The notes beneath the pieces were generated by a model. The model did not search any database. It saw only the letters and a program-made list of their open reading frames with translations, and was not told the DNA's origin. The translations under genes were made by a program, and so were the position numbers. A stretch of DNA of 64,000 nt, from the IMG/VR virus record IMGVR_UViG_3300031994_004484; one strand, given 5' to 3'. Origin of the DNA: a virus. Lineage: Duplodnaviria; Caudoviricetes. How positions within the stretch are numbered: the first letter of the stretch is position 1; each line of letters starts with the position of its first letter. This document shows positions 57,007 through 63,903 of this stretch, in pieces.

Positions 57007-57246
57007 ATGACTTGGGTTTTTATTTTAATTTATGTAATTTCATTTAGTGTATCATATACTTCAGCAATAGTTGAGGAATGGAAAAACCTCCATACAATAG
57101 GAGATTTTCTGTGGCCACATGGAAGTAGCTTTGAAAATTTAATAATGATTTATCTACCATTCGGGAACACTATTGTTGCGGTTATAATAATATCTGAAAT
57201 ATTATACAAGTACTTAAAAAAATTTTTAAACATCAGAATTAAATAA
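57007..57246 (+). CDS. Small two-TM membrane protein
   Basis: Two hydrophobic segments. Confidence 0.6.
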   Translation: MTWVFILIYVISFSVSYTSAIVEEWKNLHTIGDFLWPHGSSFENLIMIYLPFGNTIVAVIIISEILYKYLKKFLNIRIK

Positions 57247-57692
57247 TGGACAATATGAAAAACGAAGAAAAAGCTTTGTTGTTAAAAGACCTTTGTGCGA
57301 GGTTGCCTTATAAAGTAAAATGTTATTGTATGTTGTGGGATAAAGATGCGGATGGTTGCCCATTAAATACAAAACACGCAGGTATTGGCGAGTTATGTAC
57401 AATTTATACAGACGAAGGTAGTTCTTTTCCTGTTGAGTTTGTGGATGACCTTGCCCGATATGGAATATATGACATCAAACCATATCTCCGTCCTATGTCA
57501 AGTATGACGGAAGAAGAAAAAGATCATTATGATTCAATCACATACACTGAAGATGAGACACATTTCAAAGGAGTTTGGTGTAAAACTGTTGTTGATTGGT
57601 TAAACAAGAAAATGTTTGACTATCGTGGCTTAATTAAAAAAGGCCTTGCTCTTGAAGCACCAGAAGGAATGTATAACACTAAAGATGAATAG
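57246..57692 (+). CDS. Family A paralogue
   Basis: Same motifs. Confidence 0.85.
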   Translation: MDNMKNEEKALLLKDLCARLPYKVKCYCMLWDKDADGCPLNTKHAGIGELCTIYTDEGSSFPVEFVDDLARYGIYDIKPYLRPMSSMTEEEKDHYDSITYTEDETHFKGVWCKTVVDWLNKKMFDYRGLIKKGLALEAPEGMYNTKDE

Positions 57693-57694
57693 TT

Positions 57695-58096
57695 ATGACA
57701 CAGGAAGAAAAACAAATTTTAATCAAGGTTCTTTGCGCGGGATTGCCTTATGAGGAGAAAGTAGAAGTCTGTATAAAAGACAAAGATATAAAATCTATCG
57801 ATTGTGTAAAATATAATACGATCGGCACTTATATTGGGCTATTAGATGAGGAGAAATTTTCAGTCAAGCCATATCTCCGTCCGATGTCAAGCATGACGGA
57901 GAAGGAAAGGATATCTTTTTTTAAAGCCACCAATTTTCATATTGCATTAAAGCCAAACGGCTTCTTTCCACTTAATAATCAGTGTAGTGGTGAACACGTT
58001 ATTGAGGCATTAGATTGGTTTAATAAACACATGTTCGATTACAGGGGTTTGATTGAAAAAGGGCTTGCATTGGAAGCGCCCGAAGGTATGTACTAA
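57695..58096 (+). CDS. Family A paralogue
   Basis: Same motifs. Confidence 0.85.
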   Translation: MTQEEKQILIKVLCAGLPYEEKVEVCIKDKDIKSIDCVKYNTIGTYIGLLDEEKFSVKPYLRPMSSMTEKERISFFKATNFHIALKPNGFFPLNNQCSGEHVIEALDWFNKHMFDYRGLIEKGLALEAPEGMY

Positions 58097-58107
58097 ATTA
58101 TAGAACA

Positions 58108-58320
58108 ATGATATGGCATGACTCAGGCGAAGAGCCTAAAAACGGAACTGAACTAATAATAGTTCACGATTATTTTGCCCATGGTTTTGAACAACATGAG
58201 ATAGTGCATTATTCGAAAGGACGATTCTATACCGACAGAGGATTCCATTATGATTGGAGTGATTGGGCTTGGAAAGTAAAGAGATGGTGCTATATTGAGG
58301 ATGTTTTAAAACTTGACTGA
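58108..58320 (+). CDS. DUF551-like small protein
   Basis: WH...E.P...V.RWCYIED. Confidence 0.6.
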   Translation: MIWHDSGEEPKNGTELIIVHDYFAHGFEQHEIVHYSKGRFYTDRGFHYDWSDWAWKVKRWCYIEDVLKLD

Positions 58321-58321
58321 T

Positions 58322-58570
58322 ATGACAAGAAAAGAAGAAATACATAAAGAAGCAATGTCAATGTCTTTTGATTATCCTTATCTTTGCAATGAAGAAGACA
58401 ATAATTCAGAATATGTTAAAAAGTTGGAAGATATTGCTAATTGGGCCGATGAAACAATTTTGGACAAAGCATCAGAATGGCTGAAAAAGAATCTTCAAAA
58501 CTATATTGAAAATGACCGGACAAGCGAAAAAGATTTTATTGAGCAATTCAGAAAATCAATGGAGGAATAA
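58322..58570 (+). CDS. Family C paralogue
   Basis: MTRKEEI...WADET.LDKA.EWL...FRK.MEE. Confidence 0.8.
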   Translation: MTRKEEIHKEAMSMSFDYPYLCNEEDNNSEYVKKLEDIANWADETILDKASEWLKKNLQNYIENDRTSEKDFIEQFRKSMEE

Positions 58571-58573
58571 AGT

Positions 58574-58819
58574 ATGACAAGAAAAGAAGAATGTTACGCA
58601 GAGGCGTTGAGGTATGTTGAAAATAATCATAGCAAAGCCGGCAACGACTTTCAGAACGCTATGAACATAGCAGTGCTGAAGGCATACATGGCAGGAGCAC
58701 AATGGGCGGACAAGACAATGATTGAGAAGAGTAGAAATTGGATTGAGGATAATATAACGAGCTATTTTGACCGTTCAGATTATATGGGTCGAGAGTTCAT
58801 AGAAGCAATGGAGGAATAG
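58574..58819 (+). CDS. Family C paralogue
   Basis: MTRKEE...GAQWADKTMIEK...AMEE. Confidence 0.8.
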   Translation: MTRKEECYAEALRYVENNHSKAGNDFQNAMNIAVLKAYMAGAQWADKTMIEKSRNWIEDNITSYFDRSDYMGREFIEAMEE

Positions 58820-59179
58820 GTTATGATTAAAATATATGCAGATTTGCACAAAGAACAAGATACAGTTTACATTGAAGATGTTATTTCGGCGCACGACATG
58901 CATACAATAAAAAAAGACGACCTTAAAAAGTTAATCAATGATATGGTTGGCAAATATGGGTCGCTGCATACCAGTTATCCAGGTTTTTTGAACCGTGTAG
59001 GTAGGTTTGTAAGAGATTACGGTAAAAGATGGTGCGGCCAAGAATTTGTTGTTTACACAACACTCATAAAGCCAGGTGGGGTTTGCAACAGTTCTTTGAA
59101 AATCTAATAAAATCTATGAAAAACTAATAAAAACTAACCGATATAAATATATTATAGTTTAGACTATTTATAAATAAAA

Positions 59180-59278
59180 TGAACGGAAGTAGGAAGTCGT
59201 TCAAAAACATAAATAAGATATACAGAGGTTTAACCTTGTTGGTACTTCCTACATTACTGCCACAAGTTTAATACCTCT
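59180..59278 (+). ncRNA. Predicted kissing-loop/pseudoknot RNA in the tnpB 5' leader
   Basis: Hairpin TGAACG/CGTTCA with loop containing GTAGGAAGT; long hairpin AGAGGT.../...ACCTCT with apical ACTTCCTAC (9-nt complement). Confidence 0.6.
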
Positions 59279-59284
59279 TTTTTA

Positions 59285-60559
59285 ATGGAACATTCTGTTA
59301 TTGATATGTTGCGAGGAATCAAAGTGAGGTTATACCCGAACAAGGAACAGCAGACAAGACTTGACAAGGTACTTGGATGCTACCGCTTTGTGTATAACAA
59401 GACCCTTGAACTCAAGCGCAATGCCTATGACAAGTATAAGACCAATCTTAAACTAACTGACATCTCCAAGTGGTTTCACGGAACATTATTGAAAGACGAG
59501 AACTATGCTTGGTTGCAAGAACAGAATACCAAAGTAATGAAGCAATCAATACGTCAGATGCTTGACGCTTATTCAAAGTTCTTCAAGCAGCACAACGGAT
59601 TCCCGAAGTTCAAATCCAAGAAAGACAAGCAGTCGGCACTGTTTCCGTCAGAAGCGATTTCCAAACGCAACACATTCAATGAAAGAAAAATAACACTGAC
59701 GCAAGACCTCAAGGACATCAAGTTTAGATGTTCGGACTTGTATTACGAGAGACTTCAAGACTACAAAGATTGCATAAGGAGTGCTACCGTTTCGAGAACC
59801 AAGAGTGGCAACTACTTCCTTTCAATCCTTGTTGACATACCGCAGGATGAACTTGTAAAGTTCAAGCATACCAATCAATGTGTTGGTATAGACCTCGGTG
59901 TGAAGGATTTTGTGATTACAAGTGACGGTGAGGTATTTGAGAACAAGCACTTTTTCAAGAAGCAGGAAAAGAAAGTCAAGCGATTGCAGAAGCAACTGTC
60001 AAGGAAAGTCAAAGGTTCGCACAACCGAGAGAAACAACGTGTCAGAATCGCAAAGGCGTTTGAACGGTTGACCAATCAGAAAGACGATTACATTCATTCG
60101 GTTGTGAATACACTCTTGTCTTTGTATGACTTGGTTTGTATGGAGGACTTGAACGTGGGAGGAATGTTGAAAAACCATAAGTTAGCAAAAGCGATTCAAG
60201 AGGTTGGTTTCTACAAGTTCAAGCAAATCTTGCTTGACAAGGCAAGTGTCAACGGCAAGCAGGTTGTCTTGGTTGACAGATTCTATCCAAGCAGCAAGAC
60301 CTGCCACAAGTGCGGTTACATCAAGAATGACTTGACTTTATCAGACCGTGAATGGGTTTGTCCAATTTGTGGTGAGCATCTTGAAAGGGATGTAAATGCT
60401 GCAATCAACATCTTGGATGAAGGTTTGAGAATAATAGGTGTCCGTAGCACCGAATTTACGCTTGCGGATTGCCCAACTATGGATGACCGTTTGAAAGACC
60501 TAAAAAGTAGTGGCAGGTTGAAACAAGAAAGAAGAACTAATAATTCCAGTTTTTATTAG
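59285..60559 (+). CDS. tnpB: RNA-guided endonuclease TnpB
   Basis: KVRLYP HTH, GIDLGVK, MEDLNV, CxxC..CxxC, RDVNAAINI. Confidence 0.95.
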   Translation: MEHSVIDMLRGIKVRLYPNKEQQTRLDKVLGCYRFVYNKTLELKRNAYDKYKTNLKLTDISKWFHGTLLKDENYAWLQEQNTKVMKQSIRQMLDAYSKFFKQHNGFPKFKSKKDKQSALFPSEAISKRNTFNERKITLTQDLKDIKFRCSDLYYERLQDYKDCIRSATVSRTKSGNYFLSILVDIPQDELVKFKHTNQCVGIDLGVKDFVITSDGEVFENKHFFKKQEKKVKRLQKQLSRKVKGSHNREKQRVRIAKAFERLTNQKDDYIHSVVNTLLSLYDLVCMEDLNVGGMLKNHKLAKAIQEVGFYKFKQILLDKASVNGKQVVLVDRFYPSSKTCHKCGYIKNDLTLSDREWVCPICGEHLERDVNAAINILDEGLRIIGVRSTEFTLADCPTMDDRLKDLKSSGRLKQERRTNNSSFY

Positions 60560-60695
60560 ATTTTTCTATACGGTTGAAACAAAGAAGAAAGAGAAGCACA
60601 AATTTGACCTGTCTGGACATTTAACTTCTTGGACAATCGGGTATTTTTAAAATTATTGTTATATTGAATTAAAATAAAATATAAAAATTTGACTC

Positions 60696-60887
60696 ATGAC
60701 ACTTGAAGAATATAAAAAACAAATATTCAAATATGGCACTGATGCGAACGGAAATGTAGTGGAAATTACAATTGGTGATGAATTTGACACTTTGCCGAGA
60801 AGAGATAGAAGATACATCCAGCGTTGCTTGAACAAAGGTAAAGTCCCGAATTTTGAGGATGTTTTGTTTTCGCCAGACGAGGATTAA
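60696..60887 (+). CDS. Hypothetical protein
   Basis: 63-aa ORF. Confidence 0.6.
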   Translation: MTLEEYKKQIFKYGTDANGNVVEITIGDEFDTLPRRDRRYIQRCLNKGKVPNFEDVLFSPDED

Positions 60888-60925
60888 GTTATCACTAAAA
60901 AATAATAAAAAAATAATTAAAAATC

Positions 60926-61312
60926 ATGTATATAGCATTATTAATAATATCATTAATTGCAGGGGTTGGACTCATTGTTCTGTGCTTTTGTTTTGACGTA
61001 GGCCGAAATTGTGGATTGTGTGGAATTGTGTTTGTTCTTTATTTCATATATGCCACGGTTATATTATGCAGTCACCAAACAAAGGAAGAAGATTTCGCAA
61101 AATACGAAAAAGCGAAAACGGAGTATGAAATAATCAAAAACAAATGTGTTGACATCAGCACATCAACGCTGATTGATTATATTGATGATATTGAAAAAGC
61201 AAACAATTTGGTTGAAAAGTCAAAAAAATGGCACGACAATTGGTATTTGAAGGATTTTTATTACAAAGAAATTGGCGAATTGCCTGTTCTTGAACTAAAA
61301 GAATTATTTTAA
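60926..61312 (+). CDS. Membrane protein (two N-terminal TM segments)
   Basis: Hydrophobic N-terminal half. Confidence 0.7.
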   Translation: MYIALLIISLIAGVGLIVLCFCFDVGRNCGLCGIVFVLYFIYATVILCSHQTKEEDFAKYEKAKTEYEIIKNKCVDISTSTLIDYIDDIEKANNLVEKSKKWHDNWYLKDFYYKEIGELPVLELKELF

Positions 61313-61316
61313 TAGC

Positions 61317-61499
61317 ATGAAACCTGCGATAGTGTTCACAACGGACAGCCTGTACGGGGATTTCAAGAAAGGCGACAAAGGAGTGGTTGACGGTTACGTC
61401 AGAGGAGGAGACGACACCCCGTGCGCGGTGATAATAAAAGAGGACGGGCGTTTTGTCATAGCCAACCTTTACGAATTCAAACTATCTTTACCGAATTAA
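61317..61499 (+). CDS. Small SH3-like protein
   Basis: FKKGDKG.VDGYVRG. Confidence 0.6.
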   Translation: MKPAIVFTTDSLYGDFKKGDKGVVDGYVRGGDDTPCAVIIKEDGRFVIANLYEFKLSLPN

Positions 61500-61531
61500 A
61501 AAGTGGGAGAGTTACTTAAAATTTTTGAACA

Positions 61532-61807
61532 ATGACCGACATAGAAAAAGCAAATGATTTAGCGCAGTATTATTCAGAAGAGAGTGACTATAAAAGGACT
61601 GTAGGTTACGATTGTGCTATTGAAATGGCTGACTGGAAAGAGCAGCAGATGATTGACAAGGCGTGCGAGTGGTTAGGTAAAAACATAGGCAATTACCAAA
61701 ATTGGGAATACAACGAGTTTCATCAATGTGTTGAATATGATGGTAGTTTTGATATTGAAAAAATGATTAGTGACTTTAGGAAAGCAATGAAAGGAGGTGA
61801 AGAATGA
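61532..61807 (+). CDS. Family C paralogue
   Basis: EKA...MADWKEQQMIDKACEWL...FRKAMKGGEE. Confidence 0.8.
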   Translation: MTDIEKANDLAQYYSEESDYKRTVGYDCAIEMADWKEQQMIDKACEWLGKNIGNYQNWEYNEFHQCVEYDGSFDIEKMISDFRKAMKGGEE

Positions 61808-62124
61808 CAGATTTAGAAAAGCTTTCGAAGTTTTTTGATGACGGAAAAATAACGGAAAACAATTTGAGATTTGGCAGAAAGATGCCATTTGGAAAACACA
61901 AAGGTAAGTACATTTACCATCTTTTAGTAAAACATTGGAGATATATGGATTGGGTTGTCAAAAATACTCAATTTGACTTAAACGATATTGAAGTTTGGTG
62001 GAAAAACAAAATAGATTTGTTTATAGAGATGCAAAAAGCCGACAATCTTATTCATTGTTTATGCAGGCAATTAAATATTGGTGGTATTGATAATATTGAA
62101 AACCCACATTTTATAATTGAATAA
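61804..62124 (+). CDS. DUF3820-like (MPFGKHKG) protein
   Basis: MPFGKHKG...YMDW. Confidence 0.65.
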   Translation: MTDLEKLSKFFDDGKITENNLRFGRKMPFGKHKGKYIYHLLVKHWRYMDWVVKNTQFDLNDIEVWWKNKIDLFIEMQKADNLIHCLCRQLNIGGIDNIENPHFIIE

Positions 62125-62134
62125 AATTAACTTT

Positions 62135-62545
62135 ATGACAAGAGAAGAAAAACAACTATTGTTAAAAGACCTCTGCGCGAGGCTGCCGTATGGAGTAAAA
62201 ACTAAAATAACAGAGGAAGGTGTATTGTCTTACGATAGTGAAATAGGTATTATTGTTGGCAAAGAACATATTGATAATGAAATTTTCATCGTCAAATGCA
62301 AGAATGACAGTTGGTGCTTAACTGCTATAAGTGAGTTTGTGCCATACCTCCGACCGATGCAAAGCATGACCGAAGATGAGGAAACGACCAAATGCGCCTT
62401 TTTGGACAACATCGAGGGAGGTGTGGAAGATTCAATACCGAAATACGTTGATTGGCTTAACGCCAGTCATTTCGATTATCATGGTCTTATTGGAAAAGGT
62501 CTTGCGCTTGAGGCCCCAGAAGGAATGTATGCTTTCATTGGCTGA
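62135..62545 (+). CDS. Family A paralogue (start reassigned)
   Basis: MTREEKQLLLKDLCARLPY...EAPEGMY. Confidence 0.85.
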   Translation: MTREEKQLLLKDLCARLPYGVKTKITEEGVLSYDSEIGIIVGKEHIDNEIFIVKCKNDSWCLTAISEFVPYLRPMQSMTEDEETTKCAFLDNIEGGVEDSIPKYVDWLNASHFDYHGLIGKGLALEAPEGMYAFIG

Positions 62546-62586
62546 TTTTTTTGTATATTATACACACAAGAACAAACATAACGAAC

Positions 62587-63033
62587 ATGTGCTTATATTC
62601 AGAGAAAAAAATCGAAATAACGACCGCCGAAACTGACATTCAAGTTTACAAAGTTCTGTACCGACCAGACAGGAAAACCCTTTACCCTCCGTTATACAAC
62701 GACGGAAGACCGTACAAGAAAGGCGAGGTTTTGCACACCGTTCTTGACGAGATGGAGTGCTTTTTCCCACAAAATCCGATATCGGATATAGCCGATGAAG
62801 GAAGCTATACACCTGGCGTATACGTATTCGACGATGAATACAGAACACGCAGGGGGTTCTACTCCGAAACCACCAGGAAGGCGGCAAGAGAGTTCAAGGA
62901 CAAGTGTTGCTATCCTCACAACAAGTGCAAGATATACAGATGCACAATCCCAAAGGGTGCTAACTACATCACCGACGGGGAAACATATGTCAGCGACACC
63001 CTGAAAGTCGTCAGGCGATGTATTATACAATAA
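62587..63033 (+). CDS. Hypothetical protein (MCL...AE.DI.VYK...C.IPKG..Y family; start reassigned)
   Basis: Motif pattern; A-rich start. Confidence 0.7.
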   Translation: MCLYSEKKIEITTAETDIQVYKVLYRPDRKTLYPPLYNDGRPYKKGEVLHTVLDEMECFFPQNPISDIADEGSYTPGVYVFDDEYRTRRGFYSETTRKAAREFKDKCCYPHNKCKIYRCTIPKGANYITDGETYVSDTLKVVRRCIIQ

Positions 63034-63112
63034 AAGGCTGGGTGGTGGCAAGATAAAAAACAAATGGGTGTATACACTTGAAGACACGAAAATCAGTTAA
63101 AAATCATATAAA

Positions 63113-63296
63113 ATGTCAGGGTGGGTAGCAGTAGAACAAAGCGGTAAAGAAGTTATTTTCAGATTGTTCCAATGTTCATGGCACTTTCATGGTTGAGAGG
63201 ATAAAGAAGACCGGTGAGCCCCATTATGTGCATGAGTTGCAGCATTTGTTCAGGGAATGTAATATTGAATTCGGTTTTCAATTTCCGGAAGGTTAA
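63113..63296 (+). pseudogene. Chimeric gene fragments
   Basis: MSGWVAVEQSG (like 42940) followed, in another frame, by YVHELQHLFRECNIE (family E C-terminus). Confidence 0.5.
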
Positions 63297-63298
63297 AT

Positions 63299-63598
63299 AT
63301 GAGTGTACGGAAAGGATATTACATGGAATGCGACTGGTGCGGCGACGCCAGGTTCGGCGAGACTATACGCGAGCTTGCCAAATGGCAGTGGGTCTACAGG
63401 TGGACAAGTGTTAACCCTGTTGCAGACGAACTGTATTTTAAAGACAAGCCAAACGCTTTCAAATACCGCGAGTTATGCTGCAAGGAATGTGCCGACGAGT
63501 ACTTCAAAGCAAACCCGGAGGACGTTCCTTTTTACAAACACTGGGATGTGAAGGGTGGTGTAATATGGGAAACAATTCACAACTATACTCCGTTATAA
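63299..63598 (+). CDS. Small Zn-binding-like protein
   Basis: CDWC...CCKEC. Confidence 0.65.
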   Translation: MSVRKGYYMECDWCGDARFGETIRELAKWQWVYRWTSVNPVADELYFKDKPNAFKYRELCCKECADEYFKANPEDVPFYKHWDVKGGVIWETIHNYTPL

Positions 63599-63634
63599 GA
63601 TTTGTTATGGTTAAGATAAAAGCGTTAGTGTTAT

Positions 63635-63820
63635 ATGGAGAATAATTCGGAATTTGAAGTGAGATTGTTTAGCGAGGTCTCGAAGGAGTTCCAATCGGTT
63701 TTCAAGAGAATGACAGAGGAGGATTTGAATAGATTGTGTGGGGATGTTAAAGCTGATATTTCCCACAACGATGATGATTTTATATGGTTTGAAAAGATAA
63801 AGGAGCGGTTTGGTGTTTGA
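63635..63820 (+). CDS. Hypothetical protein
   Basis: 61-aa ORF. Confidence 0.55.
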   Translation: MENNSEFEVRLFSEVSKEFQSVFKRMTEEDLNRLCGDVKADISHNDDDFIWFEKIKERFGV

Positions 63821-63822
63821 TA

Positions 63823-63887
63823 TTAACAATTTTTAAGAAAAAAAGCGGAATCTTGTATTCCGTTTTTTTGTATATTTGTAATGTTAA
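63823..63887 (+). promoter_or_regulatory. 65-bp promoter cassette copy with internal hairpin
   Basis: TTAAC-AATTT-TTAAG, AAAAAAGCGGAAT/ATTCCGTTTTTT, TATATTTG at +48, GTTAA at +60. Confidence 0.75.
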
Positions 63888-63903
63888 ATTAAACAATAGG
63901 TTT

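Larger units (their letters stand above)
59082..60573 (+). mobile_element. Non-autonomous IS607-like TnpB element
   Basis: GG at both junctions; left-end repeats AAAATCTAATAAAA / AAAACTAATAAAAAC; exact reverse complement TTTTATTAGATTTT at the right end; no serine recombinase. Confidence 0.8.
58823..60650 (+). pseudogene. Hypothetical gene split by an IS607-like element; parts 58823-59081 and 60574-60650
   Basis: Excision at the shared GG(TT) restores a 111-aa ORF ...KPGGVETKKKEKHKFDLSGHLTSWTIGYF*. Confidence 0.75.

Noticed and set aside
59082-59284. IStron (group I intron fused to an IS) rescuing the interrupted genes
   Set aside because: Left ends are only about 110-200 nt and I could not find group I core (P7) elements; RT-PCR would be needed to exclude splicing formally
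203-63829. Most antisense or alternate-frame ORFs in the track (for example 3865..4569-, 8061..8588-, 30967..31536-, 44345..44698+)
   Set aside because: They are shadows of well-supported genes, with atypical composition and no start context
27110-63887. Calling the 65-bp cassettes bona fide integron attC sites
   Set aside because: Left boxes do not fit RYYYAAC, spacers are asymmetric, the units bound multi-gene blocks and no integrase is present; kept only as an analogy
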